Source: Cenococcum geophilum (taxonomy: Eukaryota). Taken from it: 64,000 bases of DNA. Shown piece by piece: positions 48,301 to 61,387 of this stretch. The notes under the pieces are model-generated. The model did not search any database and was not told the DNA's origin. It was given only the letters and a program-made list of their open reading frames with translations. How positions within the stretch are numbered: position 1 is the stretch's first letter; the number at the start of each line of letters is the position of its first letter. The DNA lies in NCBI GenBank assembly GCA_050273025.1, contig CP158636.1, positions 5,890,001 through 5,954,000 of the forward strand. Direction: 5' to 3'. The position numbers and the translations under genes were made by a program.

Positions 48301-51300
48301 TTAAAGAAAGGGGTGAGGAACTTAAGGTTCCTTACCACGCTAGTGCCGCGGCGGCACGTGATAGCAACTTGCCGTACGTAACGGCAACTTGCTATATATA
48401 ATGGCAATATACCTTATATGGTAACCATTTGCCTTTATTCCTAACACTAGCAACTCTTCTTTTATAGTTGCTATCTATATATATATACCGCTTAACTAGC
48501 GGAATAAAAATTAATCCTCCTTACTTACTATTGCCATTATAATATAAGTCTCGCTATCCTAAAATTTGCCTCTTAGCATATGGTGCTTTCTTACTTATAA
48601 GTTATAGGTAGGTATCTTATTAGTAGGGCCGCTAAGGCGCTAGCGGTAAGCGAGCTAATAGCGATTTTTTATCCCAGGGATGGAAAATCCTAATTGGCTA
48701 GTTTAAGTTAGGGTCTATAGAATCTAACTAATTAGACAACTTTAACCGCCGGTTAAAGTTCCTAGACATCTTAAGACTTTACGTAACTAAGAAATTTCTA
48801 GGGACTCCCTTTTAACCTAACCTTTAACTCGTATATGTAGAGTATTTGTGTTAATAAACGTCTCTAGTGCCTTGTTTAGGTTTGCCTTTATTATTATATC
48901 TACTAGATTATCTTAGCTATTAATCTATTAAATCTTAAAGAGTTTTTAACGCTCGTAGGATTACTAAAGTGCTATAATATTAATTATAAGGCGCTTCTCC
49001 TTTGTGGTACTAAGCTTAACTAAATACTTATAGAGGGAAAATAAATCAGTGTACACGATTATAGGGATAATAAGAAGTTTAAGTTAATCTATAATTATCT
49101 TTAGGGTAGTTCTAATTGCAATTGCTATATTAACTCCGCTAACTATTCCATATATCTCTAATACTAAAACACTTTAGGTAACGCGCTTGCTCTTAGTTAA
49201 GCTTTAATAAATAAGATTACTATAGATTATAAAGTTATTCTCTCTAGTAATTTTATTTGCAATAATAATCTTATATCCTAACTAGGAGCTAAAATCTTTA
49301 TTATTTACGAATAATCTATTAATAAATATAAAGAGCTTAGCGGTAAGAAGATTAATAGGTACGTAGAGTAGTCCCCGATTAAGATGGTTTATTTACTAGA
49401 AAAGACATTTATTTAGGGTAAGAATGTTATCCTTAGTTAGTTCCTAGTGTTAGGTAGTAATAAAGAGATTAAATAAAGCCTTAGGTTAATAGATAGAAGC
49501 AATATAAGCTCCGCGAGCGTGTTACTCCACATATCCTTACTTTAGGGAATTAACGTTAATAATGTTAATCTTCTTACCTTAACCCTTCTAGCGCAAAGCA
49601 ATAGAATCCTCGTTTAGGGAGAGGATATATCTATTAAAGAGTAATAGTATTATTAAGTTAAGCTTTTCCTTTGGCTTTGCTATAAGATTTGCCTTTACTA
49701 GCTTATCCTCTTTAAGAGCTAAGAATTGGTCGTCTTCTAAGATAATTATATTATTAGTTTATATACCAACAATTCTAAATAGGGTTCCTGTAGTTATAAT
49801 AAGGAAGCAGGGATTAAATATAGAAGTAGTTATTAAAAGCTTCTCTTTATAGTGCTTGCTATAGGTAGCCTACTAGTAAGTTCCTGCCTTTACGATTCTA
49901 TATAATAGCTTAAGCATAACTATAATCGTGTCTTTAGGATACTAGTGGCGAATTTACTCTAGAAGGTATGCTAATATTAAGCGCTAAAGGTGCGTTTCTA
50001 ATTAGGTATAGGCTTAAGTAATATCTCGTAAATAAACTGCTATTTTATTCTTTATTAAGGAGGGAGCTAATATAACAATAACTCGCTAACTAGCTCGTTG
50101 AATTATAGGAGATTATATAAGAATTATCTCTTTACTATTATTGTTATAACCTTAGATAATAAGCCTTAATTTCTTAAATGGGGCGTTAGTAGCTTTGCCC
50201 TTAATCTTATTGACCATTCTTAACTTAAAGATGTAAACTCTATTAAACTTAGTAGGGTCATATTTCTTAAATTTAAAGACTTCTTTTGCGATAAGACTGT
50301 CGATCTCCTATTTATCGGATACTTAGAAAGGAGCTCCTAGGGTTATAATATAACCTTTCTTTTAGAGCTGTTTTACGAGCTTAAAGTTAGCCTTCTCTTT
50401 AGCTGTTATAAAGGCCATTAATAACTTAACTCTACTCTCTATAGTAGCAACGAATTGCTCTTTAAAATTAATAAGATGTTAGCAATTTTATAATCCCTTC
50501 GGGCGACCTCTACCGCGTCGTAGTTATAGCACGTCTACTACAATTATATTAGGATTACAGTCGCCTTCTAGGGCACGTTAATTGTGGTTCTCCTCTAGGG
50601 CATCTTTTAGGGTATCTTCTGGGGCATCCTACAAAGGCTCGGAACTATTATCTTTATAGTAGGGCCTAATAACGGTTAAACGGAATTAAGTAGGTCTATG
50701 GAGCATCTAAAGAGTATAAGTTTAACTATTAATTATAATAAGTTTATATGGGCCTAACCATCCTCCCTTTTTACGCTATACCCGTACTTTAGATTAGAGT
50801 GGCAGATTAAGCGTAATTAAGGTATTTAGGCTATTTCTTATTCCTAGTACGTTATTAACCTAGCGCGTAGCGTATAGACGTTATACCTCCTTCGTTGCTT
50901 TATAAATAGCCTTAGCTCATTATATAATAGAGGGAGATAGTAGAGAATTATTAGTTATTTAAGGGTAGGCGCTAAAGACTAGTAATATAGGTACGAGTCC
51001 ATCCGGGCTAGCGGAATTATTAATAGCTTTAATAGCCATTTATAAGGTAAGTTCTTTACTAGCGTCCTTTAGTTCTAAAGAGATAATCTTATATACGCGG
51101 CGTAATGGCGTATAATATTGCTCTACTTTTCTAATACTATTATATACCTTAATAGGGACTTCCTTAACCTTAATTACTATTGCCTTTATTTGTTATCGGA
51201 ACTTTATAGATAAGAAGTTCTTTTCTATATTATAGACGATTTAATTAGGGGGTCCTAGGTAGATATTAATCTAGCATAACTAAAGGGTATCCTATGCGTT

Positions 51301-54300
51301 CCTAGCTAATATATCCTTTAAAAATTGTGCAGCTTAGAAGGAGGTTAAGAAGTTAATAACTTAGAGTACTGGCTTACCGCTAAGGTATATAACGTTGACG
51401 ATAATATAGAAGTTAAAGTTATAGTTATCTTTAAGGGTGAACTTAAATCGGCTAGGGGACCTCTAGTTTATTTGGTAGTAATGGTAGTATTTTATAAGAT
51501 GCTTAATTACTTTAACCTTGACTTTATAACCTGCTCGCTAAAGAACCCTAAGTAGTTAGTAAACGGATAGGTGGCTAAAACGATGGTGTAGTTAATATAG
51601 CTCTGGCTTAGTTAAGTAACTCTAAGTAATGCTCCTTTTTAGCTGTTAAAGGAGCAACTAAGGGTAACCCTACTTGCGTATAATAGGTACCTGATTATCT
51701 CCCTAAACAAGTATATTCTTAAGGTTGTTAAGCTTAATGCCTAATCTATCTATATTTTGGATATAGAATAGAAATAGGGTGTTTACGGGAATAATATAGA
51801 AAGTAATATATCCTAACGGGGTTTGGACCTTAATTGTGCCGAGAGAGATTATAGTACCCTTACTAAAGCGAATTGTATATTAGCCTGCCGTTAATTAGTT
51901 AATTTAAATAGAGCTATTAAGCTGCTAAAGAGCTTAAACTTAAGGTTCTTCTACTGTGGATACTCCTGCGGCTCTAGTATCTGGTATAATACTATAGAAG
52001 ACGTTCGCCGAGTATTTATTATTAAAGGAGAACGCGGAACTTTCCTTTGGCTTATTAAAGATATTTAACTTTGTAATAGAATGGAACGTAGATTAGTTAT
52101 TAAGGATAGTAACGGTTTATGTGCCATTTACCTTACTATATTTAGTGAAGTATTGGTTAGGAGAATAGTCCTTAATGTCTATATCCATAAGGAGCTGTTC
52201 GGCCTTATTAACCTTATCCTTAAGGTCTTCTATGCCTTTATATTGGACTAAAAAGCTTTGGAAGTAGGCTATAGTGACCTTATAATTTCCGACGTTTCTT
52301 ATACTCTGTTAGAACTTATTATATACCTCCTTTTACTTATTAAGAGAGTGTCTATTTAACTAGTAATTTGGCTTCTTATAAACGTAGCACTTCTTCTAAC
52401 GGTTGTTCCAAAATGAACCTCTATAAGGACCTCCACGATTGCTTTATAGTTAACGTTAATTATACCCTCTACTGTATCCCCTACTCTGGCCGCTATATAT
52501 TCGATTAGTCTAGTTATAATTATATTAGTTTGGAATCCCGGTTTAAATAGGGTTTTCGGTATAGAATTGTTGGGGTTCTTATATTTACATTGCAGTGCCT
52601 ATAGCGGAGCGTAGTTCGGTATATACTCCTTTAAATGTATCTATAGGTTTATATAGCGCTAAGTTACACTTAGGAACGCTACGGCATGCTAAGATAACCT
52701 AGTCCCTTAGACTGTTCTCGTTTTAGTAGGTTTCGGTAAGACCACATTAGATTTTCTGGAGTTTATTAAAGAGTAGTTAAAGATACTCTAGGCGAGTCGT
52801 TATTAGGTTAGAAGTAATAACTCTCTAGAATATAGTCTTCCGCCATTTAGATATATAGAGTTAGCGGTTTTTGTTAGTTTTAAAGTGGGCTTTAGTAAGC
52901 TAAAGCATTATATTAAAGCTATAGTTTTTACCTGTAATATAGTTATAATAGAACGTTGCCGCCCGTCCCTTTAATATAATAGAGAAAGCATAATGGAACT
53001 GGTGGCGTTAAATTCTAACCTTATTATAGCAGTTATAAAAAACCTATAGTTTTGCTCTAAGTATATCGTATAATTCTCCTCTAAACTTTTTCTCTTCGTC
53101 TAAATATACCTTTATTAGATTTATAACTTCTTAAAATAGAGGCTTATTAGTTGGCTAGGATAAAGGAGTTAGAGGTAGTAGAGGTAAAGGAAGAGCACCT
53201 CTAGGTAGGAGAGTACCTTTAGGTAGGAGAGTAGTGTTCTAGGGGTTTTGTTCCGAATTAAAGTTGCCTTCTAAAGAATATAGGTTGGTTTTGGGTTTCT
53301 ATAGTTAATATATAATCTTAGCTTCCGTCCATACTAGTTCTTCTATACTAGTAAGAACGGCGTAAATATTACTGGTAATTAGGTTACCGTCCTTAGCAAC
53401 GTATACCTTATTCCTTTAGAGGGAGTCTTAAAAATCCTAAATAATATTAATATTGCTAAGTGCCTAGGTGTCGGCGGTCTATCCTATAAAATCCTCCCTA
53501 AAGTATTCCCATAACTGTAAATCGGCGTAGTAGCTATCTCGATAAAATAGAATATAGTATAAAAGGAAGCCGTTAACTTGTTTTACGGTATAGGTTGTTA
53601 TATTAAAGGTAAATGCGTCCTAATCTTTATCGATAAGTTTCGCGTATATAGCTACCCCTAGTGGTAAGGAGTCTCTCTAGTCGTTTAAAGTGGCCATAGT
53701 TATATTTTTAGAGGAAGGGAATATTAGTGGTATAGGGATTGTTATTTAGTACGCGTTTGTGATGTATATTTGTAATTATAGGGCTTAGGACCAGTTTTAG
53801 CCTTAAATCGCGAAGACTTATAAAGCATGTTGTTCTACGTGATAGATGTAAGAATCTGTAATCTTAGAAAGGCTTAGGACCAGTTCTGGCCTTTTAGATC
53901 CTTAGATTTGTGGAAGAGTTCTATTTAAGGTTTAGGACTAGTTCTAACCTTAAAAGACAGCTTCCTCTAGCACGAGTAGCACTAGTATAGTGGCTCGTCT
54001 CTTCTTAGTGATACCTAGCTGTTCTGTGGTATAATAGTGAAGTTAACCACTAATCAGTGTTGGTTATATAAGGGGGATATTACGTAGCTACGGTTCGTAG
54101 ATAGTATGATAATTGTTTTCTTTTCTTCTTGAAGAAAGGGGTGAGGAACTTAAGGTTCCTTACCACGCTAGTGCCGCGGCGGCACGTGATGGCAACTTGC
54201 CGTACGTAACGGCAACTTGCTATACGTGACGGCAATATGCCTTATATGGTGACCATTTGCCTTTATTCCCAACAGATAGTTTTATATAGTTGTAGTTACG

Positions 54301-54452
54301 TAACTAAAGGATCGTATATAGCTTCGAGCGGCGCTTCCCTTCTTCTTCTTTCCTTTCTTTAGCTTTAGATTCTCGTTTATAGATAATCCAATTATATAGG
54401 CTTACGCGTCCCTTTTACTGTACCTATGCCTCGATTAACTAAGTCGCTAATA
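42398..54452 (+). mobile_element. Gypsy copy G4, full length; 5' LTR 42398-42631, 3' LTR split into 48169-48229 and 54280-54452 by Copia E
   Basis: TSD CCCTA/CCCCA (one RIP-type change); gag-pol ~42857-48030; RT YLD(D)I near 45551; inserted in the G3 chromodomain. Confidence 0.94.
48230..54274 (-). mobile_element. Ty1/Copia element E (GalEa-like), full length; LTRs 48230-48446 and 54058-54274
   Basis: 217-bp LTRs TGTTGG...C(C/T)AACA; TSD GACAG/GATAG; single degraded ORF ~48780-53697. Confidence 0.96.
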
Positions 54453-54606
54453 CCCCACTTAGTACCCTATATAGAATTTTATAAGTAGTCCCTATAAGCT
54501 TAAAATTTTTTATAGTCGTTACCCTAATAAACCCAGACCCCTAAAGTACCTTAATAAGTAAATAGAGTGCTAAAATAGCGAAGATAATAAGCTGCCTATT
54601 GAGTAT

Positions 54607-57600
54607 TGTCGGGAATAAGGCAAGTTGCCGCCACGTACAGCAAACTGCCGTCACGTAATGGCAAGTTGCCATCACGTGTCGCCGCGGTACTAGCGTGGCG
54701 AGGAGCCTTAAGTTCCTCGCCCTCCCTTATTCCAATTAATAAGCTTTATTAACTAATATTACTATAACCCTACTTAAGTAGTCGTTATTGTTAAGTTACC
54801 CTATATAACTAATACTAATTAGTAGTTAAATATATAGTTAACTACAGAGCAGCTAGGTTTTTAAATAGAAGAGACAGTCTTATATAGAGGTGCTATATAC
54901 GCTTATATGGAATAGATTTCGGCGATACTATACTACCTTAGACTTATAAAAAACTAGTAATAGAAGTATTACTAAGTACTAGGAGATACTAAGTTACGTC
55001 TATTATATAGAACAACTGCGTTTATAAAGATTTAGTTAAGTACTTTAGGTTAGAAGTATTACTAAACCTAGGGTCCTAAGTTAATATTTGAAACACGTTA
55101 AATGATATCTAAAACGCGTTAAATAATATCTTAAATTGCCTATCTCTTAATAGTAAACCTACGAGATCTTATAAAACCGAAAATCTTACCTACTTTTAGC
55201 GTATAATACCCCGTTAATTTTATACCTATTATAGCATTAACCTACCTAAAGAAGTATAAGGAAGATATTAACCTAAAGATATAGAATAAAGCTATAATTA
55301 ACCTTGTAAACGCTAATAAACAAAACTTAAATAGATTTTTATTATACCGTATAGTATATTATAAGGACAGTAAATATAATAATACCGCGCTATAGGAATG
55401 TATAAAGGAGGACTTTATTAAATAGATAAAGGAAATATAGGCCCCTATAAATAAGGATATTATATAGGACTTCCGTAACTTTCTTTAGGAGAATAGAGTA
55501 TTTATCCCTAAAAATAGGGGTACTATTAGAGATAATATTTAGGAGTAGGTTATTAACATAAAAGAAGAGCATAAATGGACTTTATAAGAGATTAAGCACT
55601 AACTACACATTATAAGGAAGCTTAACTTATAATAGAACCTAAGTAATATACCTCTAAAGACGAACCTATCTTTACCTTTAACTCCTCTGTATCTAATTTA
55701 ACCCATAACCTTAATATTAGATACTATACCCTAATAAGAGTAGGTATAGGATCCTATTGCTTTATAATTTAATAACCTTTAGACTCTACCGACTAGACCT
55801 ATGTCCCTACTATAGCCTATAATACAACTCCTACCTCCTCTACCTTAATCTTAAATTAGAGGTAGTTTAAAATTGCTTATAGAGCTTATAAAGCTCTACT
55901 TAGATTAAGAGAAGAAGTTTAGTAGGGAATTATATAATATTCTTAATTTAAAACTACGTATTTTTTATAACTATTGCTAGAAGGTAGGAATAGAGTCTAA
56001 TTAATACTATAACGCCTATTCTGTTATACTTAAGGGCTAAGCTAGTACCTTTTATTATAATTATTTGGTAGGAAAAGGATATAATTTTAACCGCATAATA
56101 TATATGTTAAGATATTACTTTAAAATAGAAGAGAATAAGTAGCAGTATATATTAGAATAGAGAAAGACTACCTTCTTAAGGATTATTGCTATAAACCTAG
56201 GTATCCCTTAGCTTAATTATCTTTAAAAGCTCTTTAATTAACTTTAGATAATTTAGCGTAGTTTATCCAAATTATATTAAGAGGATTTTAGCCTATATAA
56301 TTAAGTTATTAGCGTATACTAAGGCGTTAAAGAATATAATCTTACTCTCTTTAATCCTATAAATACTTATAAAGGAGTATATACTTAATTAAGATCTTCC
56401 ATTAGTACTACTCTACGCTCTTAAGAAGTATAATAATTTAACGCCTAACTTTAACCTACTTTAATTAACCCGCCTGGCTAATATAATTATAATTAGACTA
56501 ATTAAATATATGGTGGCCATAGTAGGTAATACGGTAAAGGGTATAATTAACAACTATAAGGTAAAGGTGGAGGTCTTTATAGAGGTTTATTTTAAAGTAA
56601 TTACTAAAAGAAGTGCTATATTTGTAAGAAACTAAATTACTAGTTAACTAGGTATTCTCTTAATAAGCAAAAGAAGGTATATAATAAGTTTCGCTAGAGT
56701 ATAAGAAATATTAGAAATTATAAGGCTACTACGGCTTATTTTTAAAGCTTCCTAGTTTAATATAAAGGCATAAAAGATCTTAAGGGTAAGGTTAATAAGG
56801 CTAAATAGCTCCTTATAGATATAGAAATTAAGGACTACTCTCCTAACTAATACTTTACTAAGTATGGTAAGGTAAATAGTATATAAACCGTTACTATTTT
56901 TAATAACTAATCTACGCTCCATTCTATTATAAAGTTAGATATCTTTAATAAGCTAAGGGAAAGTTCCGCGTTCTCCTTTAATAATAGATACTCAGCAAAC
57001 GTCTTCTATAGTATTATGCCAGATACTAAAGCCGCAGGAGTATCTACAGTAGGAGAACCTTAAGTTTGAGCCCTTTAGTAGCTTAATAGCTCTATCTAGA
57101 TTAACTATTTAACGGTAGGCTAACACACGATTTATTTTAGCAAGGGTACTATAATCTTTCTTAGTATAATTAGGGTCTAAACCCCCCTAGGGTATATTAC
57201 TTTCTATATTGTCCCTATAAACACCCCATTTTTATTTTATATTAAAGATATAAATAAATTAGGCGTTAAGCTTAATAACCTTAAGAATATACTTATTTAG
57301 GGAGATAATTAGGTACCCGTTATGCGTAAGTAGGGTTACCCCTAGTTACTTCTTTATTAACTAAAAAAGAGTGTTGCTTAAAGCCACCTAACTAAGTTAG
57401 AGTTACGTTAACTACACCATTATTTTAGTTACCTATCTATTTATTAATTGCTTAGGGTTCTTTAGTAAGTAGGCTATAAAGTTAAGGTTAAGGCAATTAA
57501 GCACCTTATAAAGTACTACTATAACTACTAAATAAACTAGAAGTCCCCTGGCCGATTTAAGTTTACCCTTAAAGATAACTATAACTTTAACTTCTATATT

Positions 57601-60600
57601 ATTGTTAACGTTATATATCTTAGCGGCAAGCTAGTACTCTAAGTTATTAACTTCTTAACCTTCTTCTAAGCCGTATGTTTTTTAAAGGATATATTAGCTA
57701 GGAACATATAGGATACCCTTTAACTATACTAGATTAATATCTACCTAGGACCCCCTAATTAAATTATCTATAATATAGGAAAGAACTTCTTATCTATAAA
57801 GTTTTAATAATAAATAAAGGTAATAGTAATTAAGGTTAAGGAAGTCCCTATTAAGGCATATAATAGTATTAGAAAAGTAGAACAATATTACGCGCTATTA
57901 TACCGCGTATATAAGATTATCTCTTTAGAACTAGAGAATACTAGTAAAGAACTTACCTTATAAATAGCTGTTAAAGCCGTTAATAATTCCGCTGGCCCGG
58001 ATGGACTTATACCTATATTACTAGTCTTTGGCGCCTACCCTTAAATAACTAATAATTCTCTACTATCTCCCTCCATTATATAACGAGCTAAGGCTATTTA
58101 TAAGGTAATAAAGGAGGTATAACGTCTTTACGCTATACGCTAGGTTAATAACGTATTAGGAATGAGAAATAGCCTAAATACCTTAACTACGCTTGACCTG
58201 CTACTCTAGTCTAAGGTATACATATAATATAAAAAGGGAGGATAGTTAGGCCTATATTAACTTATTATAATTAATAGTTAGACTTATACTATTTAGATGC
58301 CTTATAGACTTACTTAATTCTATTTAACCGTTATTAAGCCTTATTATAAAGATAATAGTTCTAAGCCTTTGCAGGATGCTATAGAAAATACCCTAAAAAA
58401 GAGCCACGATTAACGTGCTCTAGAAGGCGACAATAATTCTAATATAATTATAGTAGATACGCCGTAACTATGACGCGGTAGAGGTTGCCTAAAGGGATTA
58501 CAAAACCGCTAATATCTTATTAATTTTAAAGAGTAATTTGTTGCCGCTATTAAGAACGGAATTAAGCTATTAATAGCCTTTATAATAACTAAGGAGAAGG
58601 CTAACTTTAAGCTTATAAAATAGCTCTAAAAGGAAGGTTGTATTATAACTCTAAGAGCTCCTTTTTAAGCATCTAATAAGTAGGAGATTAATAGTCTTAT
58701 TATAAGAGGAGTCTTTAAATTTAAGAAGTATAACCATACTAAGTTTAATAGAGTTCGCATCTTTAAGTTAAGAATAGTTAACAAGATTAAGGGTAAAGCT
58801 ACTAACGCCCTATTTAAGAAATTAAGGCTTATTATCTAAGGCTATAACGATAATAGTAAGGAGGTAATCCTTATATAATCTCCTATAATTTAACAAGCTA
58901 GTTAGTGAGTTATTATTACGCTAGCTCCCTCTTTAATAAAAAATAGAATGGCGGTTTATTTATAAGATATTACTTAGGCCTATACCCAATTAGAGACGCA
59001 CCTTTAGCGCTTAATATTAGCATACCTTCTAGAGTAAATTCGCTACTAATATCCCGAGGATATAATTATAGTTATGCTTAAGCCATTATATAGAATCGTA
59101 AAGGCAGAAACCTATTAATAGGCTACCTATAGCAAGCACTATAAAGAGAAACTTTTAATAATTACTTCTATATTTAATCTATGCTTCCTTATTATAACTA
59201 TAGGAACCCTATTTAGAATTATTAGTATATAAACTAATAATATAATTATCTTAGGAGATGACTAATTCTTAGCCCTTAAAGAAGATAAGCTAGTAAGGGC
59301 AAATCTTATGGCAAAGCTAAAGGAAAAGCTTAATTTAATAATACTATTACTTTTTAATAGATGCATCCTCTCCCTAAATAAGGATGTTATTACTTTACGC
59401 TAAAAGGGTTAAGGTAAGAAGATTAACGTTATTAATGTTAATTCCCTAAAGTAAGAATATATAGAGTAACGCGCTTGCGGAGCTTATATTACTTCTATCT
59501 ATTAACCTAAGGCTTTATTTAATCTCTTTATTGCCGCCTAATACTAAAAACTAACTAAGAATAACGTTCTTGCCCTAAATAAATGTCTTTCCTAGTAAAT
59601 AAACTATTTCGATTAGGGACTACTCTATATGCCTATTAGTCTTCCTACTACTAAGCTCTTTATATTTATTAATAAATTATTTATAAATAATAAAGATTTT
59701 AGCTCCTAGTTGGGATATAAGATTATTATTATAAATAAATCTACTAGAGAAAATAACTTTATAATTTATGGTAACCTTATCTATTAGAGCTTAACTAAGA
59801 GTAAGCGTATTACTTAAAGCGTTCTAGCGTTAGAGATATATAAAATAGTTAGCGGAGTTAACATAGCAATTATAATTAGAACTACCCTAAAGATAATTAT
59901 AGATTAACTTAAACTTCCTATTATCTCTATAATCGTATATACCGACTTATACTCCCTCTATAAGTATTTAGTTAAACTTAGTACTATAAAGGAGAAGCGC
60001 CTTATAATCGACATTATAGCACTTTATTAATCCTATAAACATTAAAAACTCTTTAAGATTTAATGGATTAATAGCTAAGATAACCTAGTAGATGCGATAA
60101 TAAAGGCGAACCTAAATAAGGCACTAGAGACGTTTGTTAATATAAATACTCTATATATATAAGTTAAAGGTTAGGTAAAAAGGGAGTCCCTAGAAATATC
60201 TTAGTCACGTAAGGCCTTAAGATGTTTAGGAACTTTAACCAGCGGTTAAAGTTGTCTAATTAGTTAGATTTTATAGACCCTAACTTAAACTAGCTAATTA
60301 GGATTTTCTATCCCCGGGATAGAAAATTGCTATTAGCTTACTTATAGCTAGCGCCTTAGCGGCCCTAATGGCCCTAATACGATATCTACCTATAACTCCT
60401 TAGCAAGAAAGCACTGCGTGCTAAGAGGCAAATTTTAGGATAGCGAGACTTATACTACAATAGCAATAGTAAGCGAGGAGGGTTTATATTTGTTATAATA
60501 GTTAAGCAGTATTTATATATAGATGGTAACTATAAAAAAAGAGTTGCTAGTATTGGGAATAAGGCAAGTTACCGCCACGTACGGCAAACTGCCGTCACGT

Positions 60601-60758
60601 AATAGCAAGTTACTATTACGTGTCGCCGCGGTACTAGCGTGGCGAGAAGCCTTAAGTTCCTCGCCCTCCCTTATTCCAATTAATAAGCTTTATTAACCAA
60701 CATCACTGTAACCCTACTCGAGTAGTCGTTATTAGTGAGTTACCCTGTGTGACCAACA
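54607..60758 (+). mobile_element. Ty1/Copia element A2 (GalEa-like), full length; LTRs 54607-54814 and 60551-60758
   Basis: 208-bp LTRs; TSD AGTAT (54602-54606 / 60759-60763). De-RIP motifs: DTGAA (PR), HxxFGHP and CxxC (IN), KSRLVI, QTDD and CQPEA (RT). Confidence 0.96.
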
Positions 60759-61316
60759 AGTATAAAGATAAGAATACCTTATAGACATAATACGGACGTA
60801 TAAAGCCTAAGGGCAGGCTTTTTTAGAGGGGGGGTAATATTATAGCACTGGTAGATTGTAGCTAATGGATATTAGTAGATTATAGCGGATAGTTATAAAC
60901 AGTTACAAACGGTCGTAGATAGTCGTAGACAGTTTTATACAGTTTTAGATAGTTGCCGTCACGTGACTAGAGGATCGTATATAACGTCAAGCGGCGCCGC
61001 CCTCTGTCTCCTTTCCTTTCTCCAGCTTTAGATCTTTGTTTATAGATTACCAATTATATAGGCTTACGCGTCCCTCTTACCGTGCTTATACCTCGATTAA
61101 CTAAGTCGCTAATAGTATTATAGGAGAGAATATAGCTTAAATTACAGAACCTTAAGAAGATGGAGTGTATAAAGAGCTAGCACTAGAGTATAATTTTAAA
61201 AGGAATATAGTAGTTGTATAAAAAAAGGTATATAAGAGATATATTATATAACACTAAGGGAGGGGTATAAGATATATAAATAAAATAATTTTAGGCAAAA
61301 GGTAACCACTAAAGGC

Positions 61317-61387
61317 GCGTAGGTGGCGTAGGTAAATATATACTAACTTTAAACTTAATAGATTATAAGTTTAAATCCCACTAACGT
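61317..61387 (+). pseudogene. Possible RIP-degraded tRNA or tRNA-derived SINE head
   Basis: A-box-like TGGCGTAGGT. The T-arm ATAAG-TTTAAAT-CCCAC is compatible with GTGGG-TTCGAAT-CCCAC. Acceptor stem GCGTAGG/CTAACGT is imperfect and the anticodon arm is unclear. Confidence 0.35.

Larger units (their letters stand above)
33112..61114 (+). mobile_element. Outer Gypsy copy G3. Own sequence: 33112-35030, 40279-41346, 41535-42397, 54458-54606, 60764-60837, and 3' LTR 60838-61114; its 5' end lies left of the window
   Basis: The pieces join colinearly with G2/G4 pol across each TSD; PPT GAGGGGGGGTAA precedes the 3' LTR. Confidence 0.9.

Noticed and set aside
17078..55572. Short ORF-track entries (17078, 21011, 23612, 28637, 36622, 44927, 55390 and similar) as genes
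   Set aside because: They are antisense or off-frame to RIP-degraded gag/pol or LINE ORFs; 35488, 38825 and 39578 lie within the LINE's decayed ORFs.
1..56580. Long inverted repeat (1-1973 vs 54607-56580) as termini of a giant DNA transposon
   Set aside because: It is explained by two oppositely oriented Copia A copies, and A2 has its own TSD.
26106..60763. Identical TSD AGTAT for G2 and Copia A2 as evidence of target specificity
   Set aside because: All other TSDs differ, and RIP drives different sequences towards AT-rich words, so coincidence is likely.
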